Source: Vairimorpha necatrix (Eukaryota). From it: a stretch of 64,000 nucleotides of DNA. Made by a program: the position numbers and the translations under genes. Numbering within the stretch: the first letter of the stretch is position 1; the number at the start of each line of letters is the position of its first letter. The DNA is taken from assembly GCA_036630325.1 (NCBI GenBank), contig CP142737.1, positions 682,001-746,000 on the forward strand. The letters are read 5' to 3'. The notes under the pieces were generated by a model. The model was not told the DNA's origin. It did no database searches and saw only the letters and a program-made list of their open reading frames with translations. Positions 37,251 through 49,573 of the stretch are shown here, piece after piece.

Positions 37251-37471
37251 AGTAACCTCAAAATGTCGGCATACACCTTCATTCTTACAGTTCTGCTTAA
37301 AAGAGTAGCATTCTCCTATATATATCTTTGAGCTACGCTTCAGGCTTAAGAGGCTTTCAGCCTTAATCGAAACGACGTAGCTAAGCAACATAACTTAATA
37401 GTTAATCGCACTACCAGTGGTCATCACTTAGAGTTCCTCTCGTACTATCAAAGTTCACTCAAAAATACTTA

Positions 37472-37513
<42 letters not shown>

Positions 37514-37948
37514 TCTCACGTTCCTCATTACCGGGTGAACAATCCAACACTTCGTAACATATACACTACGATGATCAGAAGAGACGACATCGAAGAATCA
37601 AAAAGCAGAGTCGCTATGATCGCTTGCCTGCTACAAGCCAGTTATCCCTGTGGTAACTTTTCAATCACCCAATACATAATGAATGTAATTGGGATCGCTA
37701 GGCCAAGGTTTCCCTACTAAATACAGTCATATGCATAAAGTAAAGCAGATTTATTCCCTTATAATAAACTGATGGTTACCATCCATCATTCATCTACCTT
37801 AGGACAGCTGTGTTACTTTTTAACAGCTGTACCGCCCCAGCCAAACTCCCCATATATTCTAATAAATAAATATTCAAACATACTAGTGGTTTCACAATAC
37901 TTCTCCCACCTCTCTACAATATACCGAATATTTATTAAAACATACTAA

Positions 37949-37980
<32 letters not shown>

Positions 37981-38079
37981 GATAAATAACAAGCCCGTTC
38001 CCTTGTCTCGTGGTTTCACAAAATTGTAAGTAGGGACAGTAGGAATCTCGTTGCTCCATTCATGCGCGTCACCAATTAA

Positions 38080-38132
<53 letters not shown>

Positions 38133-39726
38133 ATTCGCTTACACAACTTTAACAATAAATGCACTGGGCAGAATTCACTTCTTGTAAATACAAAAAGCTA
38201 TGTTTTTAATAAACAGTCAGATTCCTTACATAGTAAAAGTTCTAGCATGCTAGAGCCAATCTTTATCCCAAAGTTACAGATCTAATTTGCCGAATTCCCT
38301 TACTTACTTTAATTTAAAATATTTGTTATGATACAAAGACACCTGATGCGGTATAGGTACGGTTAAAATTATTTTATTTTTATCAAGTATATATAATTAA
38401 CTATTTCTTATCATGACAATCCATAGTTAAAATAAAATTTAATTCATTTATCTTAAATTTATTGAAATATACTGTCATTATCAAGTTGCCTTATAATAAT
38501 TTAATAAAGAATTATTAATCTTTTTTGTTTTTAAAAATAACACCGATTCACTTCAATAATAATTGAAAACCCTAGTCTATATCTATACAAATATATTGTT
38601 ACTGCCTCCAAGATCGGCTCATTTGTTTCTTCTATATATACTCACATATATACTTCAATACAAACAAATTGCACAGCTACCTAAATATTCATTAGAAACA
38701 TCTCATAAAAGTAGTAATCTTCTTCCATTTTATACAATAATACATTCGGTAGGTACGTTGTAACACGTTTCTTAGCGGATTTCTACTTCCATAACAACCG
38801 CCCTACTGTCTCAATGTATTCATCATATTTATGGTATAATATCTACTATTTAGAATATTTAATGTTTCATAAGGTTCATCCCTTTTTGCACATCATTCTT
38901 ACAATCATGTGCCCACTAGTTATACAATAGATTCATTATATAAATTTAATTTATATAATTCCATAGAATTAAAGATTTTTCATAGTTAAAAAACTATAAC
39001 AGTGTCCTACATCTATGTCCTATATAATAATAACTGCTGTCCTGAGAGACATTTCGCTGTGAACCAGCTACCACACAGTTCGATTGGTCTTTCGCCACTA
39101 TACACATCTTAAATCATCGATTTGCACGTCAGAATGATTATGGTCTTCCAATAAACTGTTGTTTATCTTCAACCAGAACATGTATAGTTCACTGTGTTTC
39201 GGGTCTTATAATTATAACTAATCAAGTTAATAAAGATTAAAAAATTTAATTTTTATCTTGCTATAATTATAATCTCCTTGGTCCGTGTTTCAAGACGGGT
39301 CCTTAAAAATAAGGCTAAACTCCACACATTTTCACAAGTTCCTTCGCAGTACTTATTTTCTATCGGTATACCATTATATTTAACCTTAGATATTTCATTC
39401 TACCTTTATTCAAACTGCACTACCAAGCAGCTCTACTCAAGTACATTATTCTATTCTATTAATAACGAATATAATATTCTCTATAAATATAATTAATAGA
39501 ATAAACCATTTACAACTCCAATTAAGGATTACAATGGAGGGTCTTTTCTTGTTCACTCGCTGCTACTAAAGAAATCCTAGTTAGTTTCTTTTCCTCCTTT
39601 TAATGATATGCTTAAGTTCAAAGGGTTATCAATACATTATAAATATATTAATTAGGTAAATAATATAATTTCGTATTCTATTACGACCTTCATCGTTATG
39701 GTATCCTATTGATCCCATGTGTGGGT
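37251..39726 (-). rRNA. Large-subunit rRNA with 5.8S-equivalent fused at the 5' end (reduced microsporidian type)
   Basis: Conserved cores GAACTTAAGCATATC, GACCCGTCTTGAAACACGGACCAAGG, CTCTCTTAAGGTAGCCAAA, GGGATAACTGGCTTG, GGGTTTAGACCGTCGTGAGACAGG and sarcin-ricin loop AGTACGAGAGGAAC; ends approximate. Confidence 0.97.
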
Positions 39727-39762
39727 AAAGTAATAATCACTAATCAATTTAAATTTAACTTA
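39727..39762 (-). other. Very short internal transcribed spacer (~36 nt)
   Basis: AT-rich gap between the SSU end (GGATCATAA) and the 5.8S-like start (ACCCACACATGGGATC). Confidence 0.8.
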
Positions 39763-41009
39763 TTATGATCCTGCTAATGGTTCTCCAACAGCAACCATGT
39801 TACGACTTATATCAGATCTAATACATATTGTTCAAGTAGTTTTCACTAATTTCACAACACATATCATCTTAGATAGCGACGGGCGGTGTGTACAAAGAAC
39901 AGGGACACATTCAATTCTACTTATTTAATAAAATTTACTAGCAATTCCAAGTTCAAATATCTCTTACAAAATATTATCCCATAAAGATTATATATCTATT
40001 GTATTGCGCGTGCAGCCCAAAATGTCTGAGGGCATAACGGACCTGTTTTAATCCTTTCCTTCCTACACTGATTGTGTCTGTCTATTAATAAAAGGGTCTC
40101 ACGTCTTGTTGAAATTAATCAAAACTTCACAGCATCCATTGAAAACGGCCATGCACCACTATTATCATTCTCAGATTATATATCTTCTCTGAATAATAAA
40201 ATATTGGTAAGTTACCTCGCGTTGAGTCAAATTAAGCCGCACAATCCACTCCTTGTGGTATTCTTCCGTCAATTTCTTTAATTTTCAATCTTGCGATCAT
40301 ACTATCCCCAGAGCCAAAAAACTCAAATTTCTATCATCTAATACAATTAATATCATATCACATCGTCGGCATAGTTTACTGCTGGAACTACAATGGTATC
40401 TAATCATCTTCGCTCCTCCAGCTTACGTCCTTGTTCAAAAAATACATACAAGTGTACAGCTTTCGCTTCTGTTCGTCCAGTCAGGGTCGTCACATTTCAT
40501 CTCTCTCCCAACTATACAGTACACCTCATATTGCTTCTTAAATATAAACTACGGACTTTTTAACTGCATCAATCATCATACACACTCTTGGAACAAGTAT
40601 TACCGCGGCTGCTGGCACTTGATTTGCCCTCCAATTAATCACCTCATATACTTTTACAATATGAAACAATAGAATATTACTTCCCATAACTGCCTCAGAT
40701 AAAATCCATAGGTCAAGTTTCGCCCCTGCTGCAATCCTTAGACTTAGTAGCCGTCTCTCAGGCTCCTTCTCCGGAATATTACAAAGTAATACCGTTACCC
40801 GTCATTGCCTTGTTAAGCCATTACCTTAACAACTAGCTGATAGGTCTCACTCTTACTGTATATGTCTTATGCTACACTTTAACGCAGCTATACTAATTTA
40901 ATACATTAAATAAAATGAGTATTACTGAGCAGTCCATTTTTCCATATCAAAAACATGCATGGGTTAATCTTAAGGAATAGCGTCTACGTCAGGCAGAATC
41001 AACCTGGTG
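39763..41009 (-). rRNA. Small-subunit rRNA (~1247 nt), Vairimorpha/Nosema-type
   Basis: Starts CACCAGGTTGATTCTGCCTGACG; contains GTGCCAGCAGCCGCGGTAA, GTACACACCGCCCGTCG, AAGTCGTAACATGG; ends GCAGGATCATAA. Confidence 0.99.
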
Positions 41010-44000
41010 TTGTGTAAAAAAATTAATATATTTGATTTTAATCAGTATTTATGAAAATATTAGAAATAAATATATTTCTTAATACAAATTCTTATAATAT
41101 AAAATATGAAAACTATAATTGTTTAAAAATACTTAAAAAATGATATAATATCAGATTGGATGAAATAAAATTTTACAAGGGTAAAAAATTATTTTAATAA
41201 ATCAGCAAATGATTGATTAATCACTGATTCACTGATCAAAATTGTGATCTGAGATTAGCAACATTTATAATTGTGTAAAAATTGTATAAAAAACATGAAA
41301 TCTAAATGATGCTTTATAAAGAGTTGAATCTACATGATACTACAGTATTATACATAACACAACTTATACTGACAATTTATCTTAAATCATGATAATTCTG
41401 ATAATTAAATGATTTAATATCTAATTCTCATATATAAAATTATATTGTCTATTATACATACGTTTTGTTTATTTGTCGACCAAACAACAAAACAAGAAAC
41501 TTGACATCTATATATGATATCCCAAATATCATAAAAATGGTTTAGAAATATTTCCCGCCAAATTCTTCCAGTTTTCCCTCCAACATTTATTTAATCATTT
41601 TATCCGGAGAGGGGTACGGAGTAATGGAAAGAAAATTTAAAATTAACAATAAAAACATTTTACATACTTTCCTCAGTGGTGGATACCACACTATATAATG
41701 ATAGATGCCAAATTGACGTCGACTTATACATAATAAAAATATTATATAAACTTTTCCATGGTGAGTTTGTGATGTATAATACAAATAAATGCATCATGTA
41801 TAATTGTATATTAATTTATGTAGTATAAAGTACATATGCTCTTAAAATATATTTTTATTTCTTCACTTACTGATAGCTTCATTGGCCTTGTTCCTATTTG
41901 ATTACATGCACTTCTTTTTTTATTTTTAATGTATGTTTTAACAAGAATACTTATTGTTTGTATTTTACATTATAAATATATTCCTAAAGTTTTTTTATTG
42001 ACTTTTGCCGGTCAGTGATAAGATGTTTGACAGATTTATTTTATGTGATATGTCATTATGACATTACAGTAGACCTACAAAAATATAAAGTTATACAGGT
42101 TTATTTTGTTAGCTTTTGATAAATACAAACAAAAGTAGTGGATTTTCTTAAATATAAACATTGAGCCACAAAATTAACATATAAAACGATGAAACACATA
42201 AAAAAATTATAAATCAACATACCATCATGACCAGTCCACTTATTTGGCCGCGACAAAAAGATTAATATTTTTTTTGGGGGATAATTTTTAAGACATTTAC
42301 ATATAATTTTACTTAAAGAGGTGTTGTAAATGTATATAACCAACGTGGGAAATCGATGTAGCTGTTACAAGAATTGTAAATTTTTTAAAGTAATATCTCA
42401 TCCTTTTTTGAAAATGTTTTTAATGATTTATGCAGGCAAACAAATCTCTACTTGTAAAAATATGTTTCGTCAATATTTGATCGGATACTATAGCAAGAAA
42501 TTATAAAAAAACATATATTTCTAAAATATTGAGTTTCTCATTGATATATATGTTTTAAACTATTTAAATACTCAAGAATAACATTAAATTATTTTTTCTC
42601 TCGGTGATCTATTTAATTTGACTGTAATTAACAATATTTACAAGTAACCCCCGTTTAGTGAAAACTTCAATTTAAATTTATAAGATTATGTTTCTGAATT
42701 TGTAAAACGTCTTTGTGTCTCTCGGGATATATTGTCTCCAACAAAAAATTAGAAAATATTAACAAAATGCATTTTAATGTCTAAAAAAAGAAAACAATAA
42801 TTTTTTAGAAATAGGCTCTTGATTTAATAAAGAAAATTTTTTTTGTCAAAAACAGTCGTATAAATATAAAATAAATAGATTCCGATTATAAATTAAAAAT
42901 ATGAAAATAATTTTTGCATTAGATTAGTGAAATAAAAAAATATACAATTGAGAATTGTCTCATGGCTTTAGGTTTTTTGCGAAGCGACCCAAAAAACTCT
43001 AGAATTGGGCTATAAGGGCTTATTTCTACTTCCGTACTTTATTTTCTAAATTTTCTCTGGGTTCCAAATTCATTTTATGTATGTTGTCTGTATCATGTCT
43101 CACTGCAGTCTTCTAGCTCTAGTTCAATTGCATATATACTGTGGTGTTTGAACAATAACATATAACGTATTTTACAGTTCATACGTTTTCTATAAGCTTT
43201 ATTTATTTTTGCTATAAACAATGACAACTAAATATGGTTTCAATAGCTAAAGAAATCATTGTATCGTTAATCTTTTTGTCGCAATGTATGAGATACAGAA
43301 CTTACAACCGAGTTTTGATTTCTAATAAAACACTAGTAGAATCTGATTCTATTTTCATTTAGATTAAAACCAATCCAAAATGTTTTTAGGTCTTTATTAT
43401 CGTAAAAAATCTAATACTTCATTTTAAACTATAATTAATTTCATTTATGCGAAATTATTATACGCCATATAAAATGTGTAAACTTCGTGCTCTTTTTAAT
43501 TTATACGTCAATATGTTACAGTATAGTAGAATTTGAATTATGGATTTTTATATTATAAATTATAATTTTTTCTGGATTATTTTTATATTGGCGATAATTA
43601 TATTATAGATATTTGGCTTTTGTGTAACATATCTTTACATTGAAATACGAAGAAGTAAAAAACAATGACAGAATGTACATAGTTGTTTGTCTAAACACCC
43701 TAACGGTTTCAGGCATTTAATAGGATGCTTAAACTTCCTATTTGAGTTCAGATTTATGTGGTTCGTGTTAAAAATCTTTCCAAAATAAAAATTACTGCAA
43801 TATCTTTTTTATCTAAATTTTTTTTAGACATAAAGAGCCGATTCGATTATTTTTAAAAAAATATTTGTTTTAGAAACAGGATCAATTACATTGTATTGTC
43901 CAGACAAACATAAACACCTTATGTTGGACTTCCAATATCTATTTACATATAACATTTATGCATTTTCTCATATTATAAAGTTTTTCTTGAATAAAGTAGT

Positions 44001-45529
44001 CATTATTCATCATATAAAAACAATAATCGTGTAAGACACTCCCGTTACTAGTATTTTAATTCCCTTTGTACAACTCGACTTTCATCATCTTCAATAAGAC
44101 CTTTGCATCCTTTTAAAAAATTTGAAATATCCTGGATAAATTTTCAATTTGTTATTTTTATATTTTTTTTATGATAGTATTATTGTTTTAATTTTTAATT
44201 ATTGTTTTTTCTTAATATTTTAAAAGTACACTAGCGTATGCATTCTTTTTTTTATAAAGCTATCAACTTGATTCGTTCTTCTTCTTGTTTTTTATTTAAA
44301 CTTCTACCTGTGCTGGGTGAATTTAAAAAGGAAAGATCATGGTTTCTAAAAAAGTAGAAATTACATCTAAGCAAAACTTAAATAGAAAATTAAATCATAC
44401 CAACCTAAAAACAATAATAAGGTATCTTTTAAATGTTTTAGGTTCAATTGTTTTATACTAATTATACACATTTTTATGAGTAATATGTTTTCGTTTTTTT
44501 TGTGGAAATGTTAAAAAAATTCTAAAAAATGTCTTTATGATATATTGGATTTAAGTTTTACAAAAACATAATTCGAATAAAGATGTATAAAAATATAATA
44601 CATGCTCTTCGAAAAATCAGTTTGAGAATCTCAACTAGATTAAATCTTAATGACACAATAAGTATGAAGTTATAAAATTGGTGTGTATTGAAAGACGAAA
44701 AAAATAAAAACCATTTAACAATATTGGTGTAATATAGTAGAAGTAGATATATAAAAAATATAATGCCATCATTGACTTTATAGCCACAAAAATGGGTTTG
44801 TATAAAAATAAAAAGTTTAATCAGAGTTTGTTAATCTGAAATAGATGTGACTTATAGTAATAATGATCTAAAGGTGAAATGAATCCAAAATATATCATAT
44901 CCTAATTTGTAAGTACAAAAAACTTATACCTTAATGCCGATGCTTTTAAGTCTCATGATATGATGTATACCCTGGTCCCTACGAAATATATCATAAAATA
45001 TATCGTAGAACTCATTCAAAACGAATTAAAACATAAAATTTAAATTTAATTGATATATTACTGTACATAACGAACTGTCAATTACAAAATACAAAATGAT
45101 GATTTAAAATAAATATATCATTTCTAAATCTTTCTAATTTCATTTAATTTTACGTCTAGTAATACGTAGACCTTTTACAACAAAAAAATGATTTTATAAG
45201 TATATAAGCCAAGAAAAAAAAATATGATTAAGATAAATTTTAGTAAAAAATATGCTAAACGAAGTTTTTATGTAGATTAGTATTATTATGTTTGTTCGAG
45301 CAAATATCAATTAGAAATAAACTCTATTAATAATGATTTTCATAAAAAATAAATAGTGCATATTTCACGCTTGTAAACGACATGAGTTCTTTACAAAGAC
45401 ACATTATTATAAGATTCAAATTCAAACTTTTAAGTTATTACTTTAATAGTAATATATCAGAAAAAAAAGAAGTGTTAAAGAAAAGTGTTTTTTTGTGTAT
45501 TGAGAAAATATGTTACACTAAGTATTTAT

Positions 45530-46966
45530 TTAATTTCTAAATCTTATGAGATGCAATTGAAGCATTTCCTTATCTTTATTACATACTTCTTCAAGTACTA
45601 ACTTTCTACATGTTATGTCAACGTGATACATCTTATGATTTATCATCACAAATAATAAATCATCGTCAGTTATATATAGACACACGGGCATATGATGCTT
45701 GGAACTGAGTTTACTAGTAATTTGATAGAGTAGGAATGGATCATATAATTTTCTAGGAATTTTCAACAGTTTACCATCACATTTGTCAATTACTATTTCT
45801 TTTTTTGTGTGTTGATATGTGTGTTCATTTTCTGCTAAAGAAATATTATCATCTTCGACTGTCTTAAATTCAAAAGATTTTGATTTTATTGTCGTCGTTT
45901 TATTTTTTCTTTCTTCATCGGCATAAAAAAATTCTTGAAAATATTCATTATGTTCGATAGTAGGAGGTACTAAGCAATTATCTATTTTCACGTCACAATA
46001 TTCTTCCGAGGTTTGAATATAAATGTCGGAAGAAGACTCGCTTTCTTGTCTTGATCCATGAGATTCTTCGTAGTGTTCATTATCACAACATGATCGTGAG
46101 GATAAGCAATATGAGCGATTATCACAAGGTCGTCGCTTATGATACTTATCATTGTATGAGTTTTTATCAATACAACATCTTTTTGTTTTAAAACAATGCT
46201 GTTTATAATCATAACTGCAGCACGGTCTTTTATTTAAATGACATCTACAATTATTTTTACGATCATTGGTGCAAGCTCTCGGTCGTGTCTGTTTACAGCA
46301 CGATCTCTTGTCAATGTAACAGCATGAACCTTTATATCTTTCAAATTGACGGGGCGCTGAATCTTGAGTTAGAAAACACTTTTTGGATTCTGTCATTTTA
46401 CCTTCATGATCTTTAATGTTACAGAATGATGTTGTTTCTTGCGTATTACAACACGACACGTGAGGTTGGCTTTTCATTGTAAAACCAGATTTGTTGACTA
46501 GCATCTGATTGCACGAGCATGGGCTTTCGGCAATTTTATCTGCACTACAACAGGTCTTGGATTCTATATTCTTTGCTCCGCAACATGATTTAGGTCTCTC
46601 TTCCTTAATAGCACAACATTCTTTAGTAGATTCACCTAGTATTTTAGGTCTACATGGACAATCTCCTATGCACATTGCGTATTTACTACTGATTCTGTCT
46701 TTGATGTATGGGACAAGAGCTCCATTAGAATACAATACCATGGTCTCGGGGCAATCTTCCCACCCAAATACATAGGCCTTTTCAATGTTCATTTTATTCA
46801 ATAAGTTTACCATGGCATTGATATTTGTAGAATTAGCTACAACCCCTCGTCTACCTACAGCCTTACAAATATCTTCGGGTATTTGTTCGCATGTTCCTTC
46901 TGCAATGACAGCAGTAAATGGTCTTATTGTTTCAATGAAAACAATGAGCAAGTTCACGAAAAACAT
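45530..46966 (-). CDS. EnP1-like endospore/spore-wall protein, cysteine-rich, signal peptide
   Basis: N-terminal NINAMVNLLNKMNIEKAYVFGW..MVLYSNGALVPY..KYAMCIGDCPC and C-terminal VCLYITDDDLLFVMI resemble my recollection of Encephalitozoon EnP1; CCCC motif before ATG; orthologue versus paralogue unresolved. Confidence 0.8.
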   Translation of the reverse strand: MFFVNLLIVFIETIRPFTAVIAEGTCEQIPEDICKAVGRRGVVANSTNINAMVNLLNKMNIEKAYVFGWEDCPETMVLYSNGALVPYIKDRISSKYAMCIGDCPCRPKILGESTKECCAIKEERPKSCCGAKNIESKTCCSADKIAESPCSCNQMLVNKSGFTMKSQPHVSCCNTQETTSFCNIKDHEGKMTESKKCFLTQDSAPRQFERYKGSCCYIDKRSCCKQTRPRACTNDRKNNCRCHLNKRPCCSYDYKQHCFKTKRCCIDKNSYNDKYHKRRPCDNRSYCLSSRSCCDNEHYEESHGSRQESESSSDIYIQTSEEYCDVKIDNCLVPPTIEHNEYFQEFFYADEERKNKTTTIKSKSFEFKTVEDDNISLAENEHTYQHTKKEIVIDKCDGKLLKIPRKLYDPFLLYQITSKLSSKHHMPVCLYITDDDLLFVMINHKMYHVDITCRKLVLEEVCNKDKEMLQLHLIRFRN

Positions 46967-46999
46967 ATTGGGGTTAAATTTTTTTCTTTATTTATAGTT

Positions 47000-47172
47000 T
47001 TATTTGTTTGTTTAAATAACTTTTTAATCAACAAACTTAAACAATTTTACATATAAACTCAAACAATTTTACAATATTACAAACAAACTCAAACAATATT
47101 GCAAACAAACTTAAACAATTTTACAATGGAACTTAAACAATATCGCACACAAACATAAACAATGAAACAAAT
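47000..47172 (-). promoter_or_regulatory. Repeated (ATT)GTTT(A/G)AGTTT motifs upstream of the EnP1-like gene
   Basis: About 5-6 imperfect copies of AAACT(T/C)AAACAAT within 200 bp of the ATG. Confidence 0.5.
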
Positions 47173-49573
47173 TTATTAATACAAAAGATTATAATGTAGA
47201 TATAAATTTAACGGGACAAATATGACAAGTCATGTTTTTAACATGATAACAAAAGTAAAATAAGTGATGTTATGAAAAACGATTCCCACCACCAAGTTGA
47301 TATTGTCGGTATTTATCCTTAATTCTATTTAAAGAAATTATTGTGCTAGTTGACAACATAAATTTTAGTTAATTATTGAGTTCTGTACGTCTATGATATT
47401 TTAAAGAATAAATTCCTGATGAATCTCTATTGTTGTGACTATATGTATGTTATTTTTGTACCATACAACACACAATGAATGTTTATTGTTTATTTCGCAT
47501 CATTTTTTAATTTTTCAAAGAACCAAAACAAAGAAATGATAGCTATAGATCTGTGTACATATAATTATACGAGTTAGAATTAAAATTAAATTAAACTAGA
47601 AAGATACTACAAAATCAAATATTGATTCGATGTATAAATCAAACATTGTAGAATCTGAAATATTTTAATCGATACATGACCGCCAGGAACCTGCATTTAA
47701 AATTAAAAAAAGGAAAAATAAAAAAATTTATACAAAAAGACTTGCGATTTATTTTAGATCAAAAAAAGATCTTGATTTATACATCGATTTTTGGTATTTT
47801 TTAAGACAGAAGCACATTAAAAGGTACTCATAGTGTTCGTCCTATTTATTCCATTCCTATCGAATATATTTCTTGAAACGAAAACAAATTCTTATTGTTT
47901 GGTATTGTGTCTCGGGATCGTATAAGTAAACGAAATTGACGGCGTGGTTTATAGTCCTGAGCTTATCAGCGCGATTTGTCTATGCAGCAACATATGTTCT
48001 CCATTGATCAGTAACCACAATAGAACATGATAATATATTATATTACATTACCTCAAGGAGAAAAGCCGCATTTATACAGCAAACAAAACAAGTAAGGGAC
48101 CCGCCATTTATGCATTATTCAATTCTTTTAAATGTACTTTAATTTTTTTCCATGTAAAAAAACTCATCTGTTTTTCAAATATTGGTTTTTTTTGTATAAA
48201 GGGTCGTTTCAAATTTTCAATGCGGGTTCCAAACGGTAGTGTACCATTTTTTCTTCTCCTTGTGTTTTTTTGATTACATTGACAAGGTTTACGATGTTTA
48301 AGACATTGAACAATTGATTCGTTTTATTTGGGCCATTGATATTTACCTTTTATAGCATGAAGCATTGTAGCTTTTCCACCATGGTTTGTAAGCTTTTTAT
48401 ATGCATCCTAAGGAAGCGCTGGCCTATCTTCGACTGGCGATAAGTTCTTTGTTTTTGTGTCATTTACTTAATAATACTGTGTACTTTTAGAATCGATGAG
48501 CTCATCTTTTGGGCACTTCAAATCGTTAGTTCGGTTTGACGGTTCATAAATTCTATTTAATACATCAGCCTCAATGATTTTTGTGCCTTTCTTGTAGTGT
48601 ATCGGGGAACCAAAGCTTTAAAGTTTTTACCCTATGTTCTAATTTCATATTATATAATATATGTTTAGTTTAGGAACTGTGTGGGCAGTGTATTTGATTA
48701 TTAATTTAAAACCAAGTCCAAGGATATAGTTTATAGTGCTATATTCCCCAAGCCATTGCTAGATATTTTTCATAGTTAATAAGTATTTTATTCGCTTCAG
48801 GCAGTTTTTTAGATCCCCAATCAATAGTCATAAGTTCACCAACTTTTAATTCTTTAAGGCCGCACTTGATTCCGTTATTAGAAGTAATTTTTGTAAGAAC
48901 AATAAGTTTTGTAAAGTCTGTTACGTTTTTTGCTATGACAGAATTTATCTATAGTTTTATGTTGCAAAATGCGTCTCACATTCTTCATTCCATTAAAATT
49001 AATCTTTGTTTTAAAGACCATCAAGTGCATCATATAATGGTTGCGAAATTGTTGCTAGCCGTACAAATATTTCGTATGGTAATTAGCAAATCCTAGTTTT
49101 TTTTGTAGGTTTTTCTTATTTTTGGTACTTTAAAATCTAAAATCTTTCTCTGATGTTCTCTTTTTGGTCTTTGAGTTGACTCGTTGATCTTAGATGCCAA
49201 AAGTTTACTTTTGTACATTTATAATGCATTTTTTTCCACAACTTATTGTAGAACTTCTAAAAAGCTCTAATCAGCTCTTTTTCGGATCGCCATATACAAT
49301 TATGTCGTCTATATAGGCCTTTTATTCATTTTTCATGATATCGCATAAGATGTTGTCCATTATCTTATGAAAAATTGCATGTAAATTCTTAAAACCTTAT
49401 GGCATTTTAGCACTTTGATACAAATTGTTCTTAAATAAAGGGATGTTTTAAATTTATCCTTAGGATCAATTTAAATTTGGAAAAATTTATCCGTTAGGTT
49501 TAATACTGTGAAAATCTTTTTGCTCTGTGTCATATCGATAGCATCATTTATTTTTGGGATCGAGTAATTCTTG

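Noticed and set aside
38094-38104. R2 target site in the LSU
   Set aside because: The site TTAAGGTAGCC is intact with no insertion
39600-39726. 5.8S-LSU fusion as a novelty
   Set aside because: Established feature of microsporidian rDNA
37535-40672. Plus-strand ORFs over the rDNA
   Set aside because: Antisense to rRNA; spurious
41010-42400. 5S rRNA expected near the rDNA unit
   Set aside because: No recognisable 5S sequence on either flank
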